This document shows positions 1-13,000 of a stretch of DNA of 64,000 nt, one piece after another. Origin of the DNA: Selaginella moellendorffii (Eukaryota > Plantae > Lycopodiophyta); assembly GCF_000143415.4 (NCBI RefSeq), contig NW_003314265.1, positions 4,079,897-4,143,896 of the forward strand, in the 5' to 3' direction. The notes below the pieces were generated by a model, which ran no database searches, was not told where the DNA came from, and saw only the letters and a program-made list of their open reading frames with translations. The position numbers were made by a program, and so were the translations under genes. Each line of letters opens with the position of its first letter. Position 1 is the stretch's first letter.

Positions 1-362
1 CTCCATCTCGGGTCCATCTCGGACTCCATCTCGGACTCCATCTCAGGTCCATCTCGGACTCCATTTCGGACTCTATCTCGGACTCCATCTTGGGTCCATC
101 TTGGACTCCATCTCGGACTTTATTTCAAACTCCATCTTGTGTCATGTTTTAGTCGTTTTGTGTCTCTTTTCTAGAGACTCAATCATTGCTCGCTTCGTGC
201 TTGTTCCTCGAGCACTTCGTTGGGAGTTCCACTCCCGTTCTCAACCTTTCAAGTCGGAGCTTTAAGTCCAAACATGTTACGCTTGTTTAGCTTTCACTTT
301 AGCCATTACCATGTGGCACCCTTTCAGCTCCACTTTGGGGCCTAGGGATTTTATGTCTCACA
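1..362 (+). mobile_element. 3' part of an LTR carrying a 12-bp tandem array (GACTCCATCTCG)n at 1-140; ends TGTCTCACA
   Basis: Reverse-complement match to 2145-2660 and direct match to ~42330-42742; all three share the same ...TGTCTCACA terminus. Confidence 0.7.
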
Positions 363-479
363 TGTGGACCCCAACCCTATTATGTTCCCTTTTGAAGGTT
401 ATCATGGAAATACACTTTAATAACTACATTCAATGCTTCCTTATATTTGGTTGGGTTCCAATACATCACCTTGCCTCGA

Positions 480-1180
480 GCCCAGCTCTATAAGCTTGAT
501 TTGAAGGCATGGAATGCATCTATGTTGCCCATATCTATGACAAGGATCCTTTTAGCCATAAATGCATTCACATACTCTTGAATGGTTTCTATCTATTTCA
601 GCCTACTTAGTGCATCCCTTAAATGTAAAGTAGCATTTAGAGGGATATAAGTTGCATGGATCCTCACTTTCATCACTTGCCAAGTGGCCACCAGTCCTTT
701 GTTGGTCTCTGTTATTCTCCACCACGAGTTAGCGTTATCTACTAAGTATAGTTTTGCATATGGGACTTTTTCTAAGCTTGGTATTCACAATGCTCAAAAG
801 TAATCTTTCATATCGTAAAACCAATTTTGTATCATTTTATAGTCATTCACTCCTTTAAAAATTGGTGGGGGCTTTAGTTTGTACTTGGGAATTGCTTAAG
901 AGACTAATTCTACTTTGGTTTAATTGAACTTGTTCAGTTCCACTTTAATCCCTACCAAAGGGTCCTCACCTTTTGCACTACTAGTATATGCAAACTTTTG
1001 CCTTTTTTTCCGCTTTTTGTCACACTTTAGCTTGCATACAAAGGTCTTCAACAGAGCATTGGTTTGTGCTAATTGTCCTAGAATATCCAATCAGGCCTTG
1101 GACAAACAAACCTCCCAATCAGACTCTTGTTTGGAAGTTTCCTCACTAGAGTTTTCCTCATGCAAGAATTCCTCATCCAT
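480..1180 (-). pseudogene. gag: Degenerate Ty3/Gypsy gag
   Basis: Minus strand near 800-880 reads KLKPPPIFKGVNDYKMIQNWFYDMKDYF, similar to the gag segment at ~46285-46370 (KPPNF...LENWVYDMENYF); interrupted by stops. Confidence 0.6.
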
Positions 1181-1719
1181 GTAAGCCATAAAATTTTCCT
1201 TTCTAATTTGTCAGCTTACCTCATCTATCTGACCACTAGTGCCTTGGCCTTAGTTAAGTTCACTTAACAAAGTTCTTGCCTATTGTATCAGTCTTACTTG
1301 GGTTTAGCTACTCACTACAAGACTAACAGAGTGTTAACCATCCACCCACAAATTCCCAAATTCTCTCCCAATCCCCCTCCCCAAGTTAAATTGGACTAAA
1401 GGTTTAACTACACTCCCTACAAGCACAAGTAGCTAACCACTCCAACCCTCTAGATTTCTAGCATCCCTTAGTATAACAAGACTTGATCATAAAACCCTCT
1501 AAATCCCAAGCCTTGGGTGCATCACTTGTTTAAGGACCCTTGAACAAAACACCATGACCTAATAGTCTAATATGGGTACCCTTACTCCACCACTTCTATC
1601 CCGAAGGGAAAGCCTAAGCCCCTAAAAAGGAACAAGGATCAATAAGCCACAAGATACTCAAATGGGATACCATTTCACATGAGCCAAGAGTATCATAGTT
1701 AATTTCCCTTCTGGGAGTG

Positions 1720-2111
1720 TATTAGGATCCTATCCCTTACACCTTAAACCAACTGGCTAAAGGGGTGATCACTTGATTGCAAGGCCCTTTCTTTATCCTA
1801 TTATTCTAACCTGGTGCCTAACAATCCTCCCCTTGTCAGGGAATGATCATCCGCGATCATACGCGGACCACCCTCCGGTCACCATGGTCATTCTCTTAGG
1901 GTCTACCAAACCTTGGTTCTCCCTTTAGATCCACCATGTTGAATATTCCTTCAGAATACTCCTACCCCACTCATTAGCCATGAGAATCGAATTGAGCTTC
2001 GATACCAATGTTAGGATCCTATCCCTTACACCCTAAGCCAACTGGTAAAGGGGTGATCACTTGATTGCAAGGCCCTTTTTTTATCCTATTATCCTGATTT
2101 GGTTCCTAACA
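1720..2111 (-). mobile_element. TRIM (terminal-repeat retrotransposon in miniature)
   Basis: ~103-bp direct repeats at 1720-1823 and 2009-2111 (TGTTAGG...CCTAACA). On the minus strand there is a tRNA-iMet-type PBS (TGGTATCGAAGC) next to 2009 and a PPT (AAGGGGAGGAT) next to 1823. Flanks GAGTG/GAGCT match only partly. Confidence 0.85.
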
Positions 2112-2144
2112 GAGCTTCCTTGGATGGTCTCTCTGGCACCACTT

Positions 2145-3800
2145 TGTGAGACACAAAATCCCTAGGCCCCAAAGTAGAGCCAGAAGGGTGCCACATGGTA
2201 GTGGCCGAAGCGAAAGCCAAATGAGTGTAACACGTTTGGACCGAAAGCTCTGACTTGAAAGGTCGAGAGCGGGAGTGGAACTCCCAACAAAGGGCTCGAG
2301 GAACGAGTACGAAGCGAGCAATAAGCGAGGCTCCAAAAAGGGACCCAAAAGGACCACCACGTGACACGTGGATGAGTCCGAGATGGAGTCTGAGATGGAC
2401 CCGAGTTGGAGTCCGAGATGGAGTCTGAGATGGAGTCTGAGATGGAGTCCGAGATGGAGTCCGAGATGGAGTCTGAGATGGAGTCCGAGATGGAGTCCGA
2501 GATGGACCTGAGATGGACCCGAGATGGACCCGAGTTGGAGTTCGAGATGGACCCGAGATGGAGGCTGAGATGGAGTCCGAGATGGACCTGAGATGGACTG
2601 AAACAAAGTCCGAGATGGAGTCCGAGATGGACCCGAGATGGAATTCGAGATAGAGTCCGAGAAGGACCCGAGATGGAGTCCGAGGTCGAGACCGAAACTG
2701 GGACCGAGACCGAGACTGGGACCGAGACCGAGACCGAGACCGAGACTGAGATCGGGACTGAGACCGAGACCGAGGCCAAGGCCGAGATCGAGCCTGAGTC
2801 CGAGTTTGAGTCCGAGTCTGAAAGGGTGAAAGCCCAAAGCGTTTGTCTCCCAGACCCTGGGGGTTTGGTGAGCTCCAAAAATATAGTAGGGGGAGGACTG
2901 CAGTGGAGCCAGTTTGGCCAGGAAAGGCCAGTTTGGCCCAGGAAGGCTGTACCCAGGTGTTGGGTGACGAGTTGACCAATGGGAAGTCCAAGACTAGAGT
3001 GAATATGGACCGACAAGCAGGGTAGCTTGGTAAAGTGTTCAAGAGCCGGCTCTAGTTCCCCCAGGAGATCGACTAGCCGATGCTCCCAGCCCAAGTGTGG
3101 GTGGCACTACCTACTTGGATACTAGGCGTGGCTCAATGGAACCTGGCTCTAAGTCCATGGCTAGAGCACCCAAAGGCGGAAAGCAGGGAGAGTACCCATG
3201 AAGCTTGCGTAAGGCCATGGTGTTCCAAAATGTTGTCCCAAAGTCCCAGACTGTGGAAAGGAAGAGGAGTAACCCTCTGGTGTGGTGACCAAGGACACAG
3301 TCACATGGTGAGGAAGTCCCAGAGGACTATGGGACTTAGTGGTTGGGCCTGTGAGCCTCGATTCAGTGGCAGTGTTGGCGAACACGGCCATGGGCAGAAA
3401 GGGACTTGATAGGGACCGGAAAAGGGATATTAGGGAGGGCTATTCCCTATGTCTATGGGCATCCTAAGGATGCTAAGAAGTGGATCTAAGATGATCACTC
3501 ATGGATGGATGGCCCAGTCTTTGAGAGATGGGACAGTGATGTAGGTGGTGTTAGACCACTGGTGTGACCAAGGTGAAGGGGCATGGCCTTAGCGTAACAG
3601 GCTGATATGTTGATGGTACCTTGGGGTGTCGGTCATGGGATCGGACACATGGAGCACTTGGACCAAGTGCAAAGGTTGAGTGGTAGGGATGCCATTCTTA
3701 GGGCTAGCAAACCCAAGTCCAAAATAGGACTTATGGAGGTTGTGAGTGAGACTCCTCCAAGTGGTTGGAGGTGTGGTTAAGTGACTAAAGTAGAATGGAA
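2145..3800 (-). mobile_element. Long LTR of the same family as 1-362; far boundary approximate; PBS-like TGGTGCCAGAG follows its end on the minus strand
   Basis: Terminus homology with 1-362; PBS-like motif at ~2131-2141; leads through the TRIM-interrupted leader into the gag relic at 1180-480. Confidence 0.55.
2375..2820. repeat. Tandem 12-bp (GAGTCCGAGATG)n and 6-bp (GAGACC)n arrays inside the LTR
   Basis: Directly visible; explains the SISD/MESE/SRSR low-complexity ORFs in all frames. Confidence 0.95.
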
Positions 3801-5350
3801 AATTTAGTCGTTTATACACTTGAGTCCATACTCACTTCCACCCAAAGCCCCTAAGCCCCAGTCCCAACCTCAACTCAGTTTAGAAGCATCACTGAAGAGT
3901 TCTTTCAAGACTAGTTTTTGAACCTCGCTATCCCCTACAGCTCCCTACCCCTCTTCTCCCCTGAGAGATTATCACTGTAGGCTTTCACCCCACGACCCAC
4001 GACCTGTATTCGTATTTCGACTCGGTCTCAGATTTGATCTAGGACTCAACCTCAAACTCAGTCTTGGACTCAATCTCAGACTCGGCCTTAGACCTGATCT
4101 CATGAATGTGACTTTGGGTATTGCAAGATACTTGTCGGCTAGTCCTTATGGACACTCTCTTCTTATTGCCACGGAGGCAAGAGGTCGGTACTGCTGGTTC
4201 CCTTTATGGTTTTCACCTAAGCTAATTGAGAAACTAGTCATTGTGTGTGCACTTGACCAGATAAGCGTAAGGACAAAATTCTTAAATGCTATTAGTCAAG
4301 CATATTTGACCTAGTTAGAGAAATTCATTTATTGACTTGCACTTACTAGTGTTGGGAACCCCCACGATATTGAGTCTAGTCCCTCAATATTGTTATATGG
4401 TAGCTTACCATGTCCACCAGACACCCTCACTATCATGCCCTTTGTGTTGGTTCTATTCCGGATCCATATACTATTTATGGTAAGTGTCTAGATCCATCCA
4501 AGAGGTATATCTATAGAATGGCAAGTGTCTAGATTCGTCCAAGAGCCATATCTATAGAATGTAAAGAGTGTCTTGGACCCTATAGTGTTGTTCCTACTCC
4601 TTGATCCGCAATCTAACTCCTGTACTAAGAGACTAAGAGAGGCTAGGGGTGAAAGCCCAAAGCGTGTGTTCCTCGGGGGGGGGGGGGGGGGGACGAGCTA
4701 TGGGGGTTCTAAATGTATAATAAGGATAATGGTTCGAATGCATATTTGACCACTTGAGACATTAATTTGGCTCCTGTTAGGCTATGTTTCTCTTTGTTCT
4801 ACATCGAGTTTAGGTCTAAGCCCAATCTCCATGTTGCTTTAGCCAATGGGGTACCTTCTTCTTTGTGTTAGGCCACTAGTATGCCAAAATTGTGCCAAAC
4901 ACCGTCTAATACCATTTTTTATGTAGGTATTGAATACGAGAAGCTAGTGCTCATGGGATTAAGAGTGTACTAGACCCTCATTATGTAGTGCAAAAGGTTT
5001 GGATTTTAGCTCCAAATTCAAATGTATTACATTTGATATTAGAGAATTTGTCTTATCCAACTTTTGTTGGAATTTCTAGCTCAAGTTGCATATGCAGAGA
5101 CTTTTTTAGATGTGTAGGATTAGTTAGATTGCACCATTCAGTAAGAACGTTGTATGTATATTCAATTATTGATAGAGGTATGTATGTAGCCACTAGTATG
5201 CCAAAATTGTGTTAGACACTATCTGACACTTTTTTGCATATAGATGTTGAATATGGAGAGTTAGTTCTCATGGGATTAAGAGTGTACTAAACCCTCATTA
5301 TATAGAGCAACGGGCTTAGAGTTCGGCTCCAAATTTAGGTATGCTACATT

Positions 5351-5361
5351 TGGTATCAGAG
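5351..5361 (+). promoter_or_regulatory. Primer-binding site (tRNA-iMet) of element C
   Basis: TGGTATCAGAG two bases after the LTR end ...GCTACA (5348). Confidence 0.9.
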
Positions 5362-7039
5362 AATTTGTCTTAGCAATTCCTATCCAACTTTTGTCAGAAT
5401 TTCTGATTCAAGTTGCATATGTGTTTGGGGAAGGAGGGGTTCCTCCCCCAACACTTGCTCAAACACGAGAAATGCTTCAATGCTCTTTGCAAAATGCCCC
5501 CCCCTTACCCTTGTGGGGGGGGCAAGGGTTTTATGCAAGGAAGATGGGGAATATTCCAAGGACTAGAATATTCCCTCTCTCTCTCGGTGGCCACACCCTA
5601 ACATGCGACCACAGTGGATCCCACTGGCTCTAGACGTGCGAGAACCCTACAAAGAGTGTAGAGTGTAGAGTGTACATCTGCTACTGATGCCAAGTGCTGG
5701 TAGCTGCGTGAAATAGTAGAAACTCTAGAAAACAAAGTGGAAAAGAAAGAAAAGAAGTAGGTGTGAAGTTTGGAGATAGGGAGGAAAACCCGGTGGGAAG
5801 CCCTATAGTCAAACTGGACCTTGAAGTTGAAAAAAAGTGTAGAAAAAGTGTGAAAAGAGGAGGAAAATAGAGGAAAAAGAGTGAGCACCCAAAGAACTTA
5901 ACTTGTACCTGGATTTCGGCTTAGGAAAGTGTAATATGCAAATGCAGCCTCTTGATACTTCTGGTATACTCCAAGGATTGGCCAAAATCGAGAAAGGAAG
6001 AGAGGTAGAAGAGGGGATGAGTTGCCCAAGGGTGATAAATTTGGAAATGATGAAAGATGGAATGATATGGTGGAGCGCCGAGATGGTGGTGGCACTCTGA
6101 AAAGGTGGCCATTGATAACCATTGGCTTGTAGAGTAAGCGTTGACCACTTGGAGTAGTTGGTAACCGGTAACCAATAACTAGTAACCAGTAACTGGGGAC
6201 CTGTAACCTCTAACTGGTAACCACCTACTCTCGCTCCTACTCCTGTGCTTGCTCCAACACCGATATGGTGGAGTGATATGGTGGAGCGCTGAGATGGGGT
6301 GGCACTCTGAGAAGGTGGCCAATCTGATGTGTCGGACTAAAGAAGTCAGTAGTTGAAAAGGATGTCGTAGTCACTAGGTTGCCAGTAAAGGGAGGTGGCA
6401 TGTGTCCACTAAGTGCTAGAGCAAAAGAATGTGGCATCGGCTTCTGTGGCCTCGCCTAAAGATCCACCTAAGTGCCTTGAGTGAATAGGTTCACCTAGTT
6501 GGAAGAAAGTTGCTCTAGAAAAGCTAGTGCGTTGTCGACAAATGGTTGTAAGGATATCTCGGAAATGGCACGTCCAAATGAGGTGGTGTCATTTGCTGCT
6601 GGTGCACGCATGTGTGTCCGTGGTAAGGTGTAAATGTGACCTCAAACGGAGATGTGAATGATGGTGAAAGAATGAAAGATGCAAGATAGGCATCTAGAGA
6701 TAAGTCCGGGCAACACTGCTAGAAGTGCTTGGTGATGGAATTGTGAGTGTAGATGATATGGAATGAGTGAGGGGAATGTGTGGGGTGTAATAATGGTAAG
6801 GGAAGGGCCAAAGAACCTAGAACATAGATTGAGCCAAGCGACGAACCTCCATACAAACGGCAATGCAGCCTGAGCGTGAAATCCAAGGCATGGGCCATAG
6901 TTCAATGGAGAAACACCCTCGAAAAGTAAAAAAAGTAGCCATGAAAGTAAAGTGAAAGAAAGGAAGAAAAAATAAAAGAAAAAGAAGAGAAGAGGAATGC
7001 CTCACCGGATGAAGCATTTGAGATGAGAGTGGTTGTGAG

Positions 7040-9819
7040 TGTTGGGGAACTCACATCCATCAGCATCAACTAGCACGTATGCTCCGCCTCCAATGTGTCA
7101 CTGGACAAAGTAGGGGCCGGTCCAGAAGGGGGAGAACTTCAATGGTGGCGTAAACTCCTTGAGTAGAACAAGATTGCCATCCTCAAATGGTTCGGCAGAC
7201 CGCTGGTGATCAATGACTAACTTGATCTTCTGCTTGCCTCGAAGGAGATGTTCCGATGTGGATCGTCGTTGTTCTTCCAAGGCAAGAACCTCCAAGTCAC
7301 GTGCATGAAGCTTGTCCTCATTACTAAGCTGCATCGCTGTTGCGTATCGAAGTGAAAATGAGAGTGATGGCACCTGGATCTCCACTGGAGGCACAGCCTC
7401 TGTCCCATAGACAAGAAAGAATGGGGTCGCAAAGATGGATGTTTTGAAGGACATCCGAAAGGCCCACAATGCCATAACAAGTGTTCGTGCCAGCGCCTCG
7501 GGTGATCCTCGACAAGCTTGGAGATGAGTGATTTCAATATCTTGTTGCTGGACTCTGCCTGGCCATTGCACTCAGGATAATAGCTGCTGCTCTTCACGTG
7601 CTTGACCTACAGCTGCTGGAGAAGATGCTGCATCACTTGTCCAAGGAAGCTGCTGCCACGATCAGAAATCAAAACAGCAGGAACTCTGAATCAGCAAATG
7701 ATGTACTCGTAGACAAACTTTGTTGTAGACTGTTGATCTGCCTGTTGCAGAGGGGTGGCCTCAACCCATTTTGTGAAATAGTCCATCACCACGATGATGT
7801 ATTGCTGTCCTTTTGAGCTTGGTGGGTTGATCGGGCCGACGAAGTCAACTCCCCACTGAAAAAAGGGACCCGGAGAAGTGATGAGCTGGAAAGGAAGACA
7901 TGGAACATGGCTTTGGGGGTTGAACCGTTGCCACTACTCAAATGCCTTTGCATAGGCCAAGCTGTCCTGGTGAATTTAAGGCCAAAAGTAGCCATGGTGC
8001 AAGAGGAGCTGTGCTGTGACCTGTCCCGAGAAATGCCCCGCACAAGAGTGGAAAGCGCAATGGAGCTTAAGGAACTCGTGTTCCCCCACACACCACAACA
8101 AAACTTCCTGAGAAGTCCTCCTGTAAAGGTGTCCGTCGAGAAGGCAAAACCCCCGTGCTCGGATCTCCAATGCCTTTTGTCGCACGGGTGAGGAATCTAC
8201 TGGGAACTGACCTGAATCTAGGTGCACTGCAATGTCCTGTAATGCTGCTGGGACCACAAAGGAAGTAGCTTCAACAACCAGGAACTCACTCGGATCCATC
8301 ACACGCTTCCGCCGCATGTGAAAAGTTGGCTGGAACTCTTGGATGGTCACAATCCAAGATAAAGTATGGGGACTGTGAACCAATCATTGTAAAAGAAAGG
8401 TCAGTACATTAAAATAGACGTGAAAATGGATATGAGCTCCAATGAGAAAGTGACGAAAATGCTCCAAGGTGTAAACAACAGCCACTGCTTCTTTTTCCGC
8501 ATCCATGTACTTCCTCTCAGGCTCCTTGAACGAATGTGAGGCATAGTATGTTGCATGTGGGGGATTGCCAGGCTGTGAATATTGGCAAAGGCATAATCCA
8601 AAAGCCTCTGTACCTGTTGTGATGTAAATGTCAAAAGGAAGTTGTCGCTCTGGTGGTTGGAGTACCGGGGCTGTGCGGAGTGACTGCTGCAGTGATTTAA
8701 AGGCTTGTTGTTGGGACTCACCCCAGTCAAATGGAATGTTGTGTTGTAGCAGAGCTATTAGAGGCCATGAACGCGCAGCATAGTTGTGGAGGAAACGGCG
8801 AAAGAAACCCATTTGCCCAAGGAAGCTACGAAGCTACTTCAAGTTGGTTGGTGGTTTCTGATCCAGAATCTCTTGAGCCTTGGCTACCTAGGGACTGATC
8901 CCATCCTGTGAGACATCAAAGCCTAGCAACCGGCCTTCAGTCACCCTGAATTTACACTTTTCCGGGTTCAATAAAAACCTGTGTTGTTGGCAGCAAGTGA
9001 AGATCTGCTCCAAGTGCACAAGGTGGTCCTCAAAGGAGTTAGAGGTCGTGCACAAATCATCCATATACACCCTCAAGGTGCCTTCAATCAAGTTATGAAA
9101 GGCGTGGGTCATAAAGCACTGAAAAGTAGCTCCAGCATTACACAAGCCAAACGGGAGGACTTTGAAAGCGAAGACGCCCCAAGGTGTCCGAAAGGCTATA
9201 AGATCTTGATGATCGGGATGAATGAAGATTTGGTTGTACCTTGAAAAGCCATCCATGAAAGAGTAGTAACGGTGTCTAGCCATCTCATCCACAATTGCAT
9301 CGATAAACAGAGTTAGAAAGTGATCTTTTGCAATTGCCTTGTTCAAGTCTCAAAAGTGAACACAGAGGTGGAGTTTTCCATTTGCCTTGCGTGCAGGAAT
9401 GAGATTGGCCACCCACTCTGAGCTCTCCAAAGGGTAAATAAAGCCAGCTGCCAGAAGTCGCTCGATCTCCAACTTCATCTCTGAGTGAGCTGCCGGGCTG
9501 AAATGCCGCATCTTTTGACGGACTGGTTTGGCAGACTCTGAAAGCACAATACTGTGCATGATTGTGTCCATGGGAACTCCTAGAAGTTGGCTGTAGTCCC
9601 AAGCAAACACGTCCTTGAAACAGTGAAGGAGAGCCAAGAGCTTTGTTACATTTGTTGAAGCAAGTGATGTGGCAATAAAGATCAAGTCCTTGCCATCACC
9701 TAGGAATGAACCCTGGAGTAACCTTGGGCTCATGGGGCTCATCTATCTCAGATTCCTCCCTGACCTTGGAAACTAAAGAGCAGGGAGTGCCTTTTGCCTC
9801 TTGCATCATGGTGATTGCG
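7040..9819 (-). pseudogene. pol: pol of element A (RT, RNase H, integrase); frameshifted
   Basis: FMDGFSRYNQI, LPFGLCNAGATFQ and VYMDD (RT); YYASHSF..PERKY..AEKE (RNase H); SSYYPECNGQAESSNK and FSPFWTGPY (integrase/GPY-F). Confidence 0.95.
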
Positions 9820-10006
9820 AGCCCGGGTAGGTTTTGAGCTCATGAGCTCACGAGCTGAGCTCACGGCTTCTCAAACACAAGAAAAACATTGGTTCGTCCC
9901 GAACCAACATCTTTCCATTCTTCAAATTTTGATTTAATCTATATTTCCAAGTAAATTCGACTAATAAAATACAAATATAAATATAGATCCGAACACTAAA
10001 AGCAAT

Positions 10007-13000
10007 CTAAAAACACTTCTCAAGCTCCGCAACTGTAAGGCTTGCCTGGTGGATGTGATGGTCGATCTTAGGATCTTGGTTTAGTTCCTGCATAAAAATG
10101 TAATAGATGTGCTTGCAGGCTAAATATACCTTTCCCCTGTTCTCCCGCTGTGTAAAATCTGGACAGGTACAGGATGGATTTTCGCAGATTTTAACAGTGT
10201 AGCTCGTACCCTTTGATGACTCAGTCACAATAATAAACTCCTTAGCCATAGCACTGATGTAGTTTGTCTTTGTGATTGTGCACTTTAGCTCTTTTGCCAA
10301 CTTGATCTTCTCTTGTGCACCTTTCGAAATGGAAGACCTGTATTGTATAGCCTTCCCATTCCTAGCTGGTCGTGTATGCCGGTCTAGTGTTGATATTGGT
10401 GGCATAGCAGTACTAATAGCAACATTTGAGGAAGTCTTTAGCTTGAAACCTGCTCTCTCCAGACTTTCAATCTCTTCTTTCAAAAGATTGCAGCTTCGCT
10501 CAACTGGCCACTCCTCTGGCACAGAATCTGGCTTCAAAATAATTGAGCTGTGGATCCTGCTTGTATGAGTAACATCAGTCCCACAACAGTAGATCCAGCT
10601 TGACTGGCGGCCCTTCACTCCTAGATCTCGACAGCCCCAGAAACATGGCACTGCTGAAGAACTTGAACCTGAGCGCACAAAAGCGAGACACTGACCTCGA
10701 CTCCCAATCATTCCAGAGCAACGTGCATTGCTCTTGGCACTGACTCTTCGAATTGCCCAGTTGATACGAGAAACTGGCTCGCGAGAAATAACCTTTTCAA
10801 CCTCTGGCACTGGACTTACTTGTGTAACAACTGGCACCTCCTCCACTCCATGTTCCTTAGTTCTTTTCCGGTGTCGTGGAACAGAATGGTAGTCAAACTC
10901 TGGACGGTGAGAGCTAGAAGGAGTGATGTTTGACCCATCAAATGTCTGTCGACGCTTCATACGGGCTGTTCTCATGTCCCCAAGTGGCTCATAACTTGAT
11001 TTCATAGGAGTTCCAGCAACAACTTCCTCCACCATCTTGGACATTGACCCTGCTGCTGGTGTTGTCCTTCTACCAACCCGCTCTTGAAGCCTGTCTAAGT
11101 TCGGACCTGTACCAGCAAACCTTGCTTCCTGTGCAGCCAAAGCTTTTGATGATTGCTCAAGAGATCTAGTGAGGTCGGAGAGTGTAGCTTCATAGAGGGA
11201 CACTTTTCCCTTCCCTACTTCGGAAGCTCTCCAACTCCAATGTTTGCTCTCAGAGAGATTAATTGTTGGTGTAAGTGCAATATCATCAAGTGGTTGATCC
11301 TACAAAAAATGCAACATTTGAATGTGACAAGAAAGAAAATGAGAGAAAGCTTACATGGAGAGTATAATGACCCCACTGAAACATTCGAACTTCCCACCAT
11401 GCAAGCCAGCATTCCATTTGTGGAAGGTTTTCAATTGGCACTTTGTCTCCTTCACGCCACCATATGCGCATTTCATTTGCCTTTGCCTCGTGCTCCTCTT
11501 TAGTTGGTGCATCCATCCATTTCCGACAAAGCTGCTTGAACTCGTGATGGAAGGTAGACTTGATGCATCGGCAATGTTCATTGACGCTCTTTGCCCAATG
11601 AAACTCACAACTCTTCTCTCTACCTTGTAATGGCTGACTTTTATCACCTCCGAATACTTGTCGTACAGCCAACCAGTTAGCACCAGCTGCATCTGCCATG
11701 AAACCACGGAAGTTGGGTTTCTTCCCGGTTCGCTGTTCAACAACCTCGGACATACATGTCCAAAAGATGGTTTGTGCTTGAAAATCTTGAACTTTGAATT
11801 CGGCTATAGCTATAGTCAAATTGCACTGCAACCTATAAAAGGAATGGTTATAATGTAAATTGGTATAGATCCTTAAAAAATGAAAAGCCACTTACTTGTG
11901 ATCATAAACATGAGCTCCCATTGTTGACCAGCCTGAAACTCGTTCCATATGGTCAAAATGGATCCAGGAATTAGCTAAATCCCCATCTCCATCCATATCC
12001 ATTCGTTGTACAAGGTCCACACCAGAAGCAGGACCAAGGGTAGACATCTTAAAGATGAAAGGGCGTTGATTGTTCGAAGTCACTTGGCCAACGAATAAGC
12101 TCCCATGAATAAATTCATAGGGACATTTTCTCTTTAGCTCCAAAATCCCATCCAATCCAGATTGAAGCTTTCCATCTCGCCCTTCTCGCATCCAGTTCTT
12201 TATTCTACAAAAAAAAAGAGTGTTATTAGTGATAAAGTAGAGTTAAGTGTTAATTTTATACCTGTTTAAATTTGTCATAGGTTCTATATTTCGAAGTAGG
12301 TCCTTCAAGCTATTCTCCGTGAACTCTTTTTGGCTATCAGATTGTAACAACATGTCCACCACATAGTCCTTTAGTATAGACTGTTGAACACACTTTGGAG
12401 TTGCTGCACTTTTCTTCCTAGCCTCTGTAGTAACAGCAGTCTTCAAATTGCGAAAAGAATCACGGCGGATTCCTTCCTCAATTGCGTGTTGGTGGTATCC
12501 AATATGCACTGCTGCTCTGCCTAAACATCCATCCCGTGGAAGAAAATAATACATTTTCGCATCGCAACATGCTTGACACACAGGTGTTGCCCCGCATTTG
12601 CGACATCTAAATCCTGTAGCAACTTCATCACGCCTAGGGGGATTGATTGCTGAGCCTTCAAAGAAACACATATTCTTGCCATGATCAGAAATGCATTTCT
12701 CAGCGACACACTGAAGCTGTCCACCGCAATGGACTATGGACACAGATCCATCGAAATGAGAGAAGTGGGTCGTCTTTACTCTGCACCAATTATGTGGATC
12801 AAGACGTGTTTCCATACCCCTTTTCCTGCTTGACGAACTTGCTGGTGGAAACTCGAAGAATATATTCCCATTATAGGAAGAAGGAAGCTCCTCACCTCTC
12901 ATGTACTGGAACTCCTTCAATTCCAACCGTAATGATCGAGATTGCCGAAATGCCTTATCCACCACTTCAAAAACTGGTCCAGAAGGAACACACCTACTTG

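Noticed and set aside
2089-3094. Long overlapping ORFs (317, 243 and 310 aa)
   Set aside because: By-products of stop-free 12-bp and 6-bp tandem repeats; no domain motifs.
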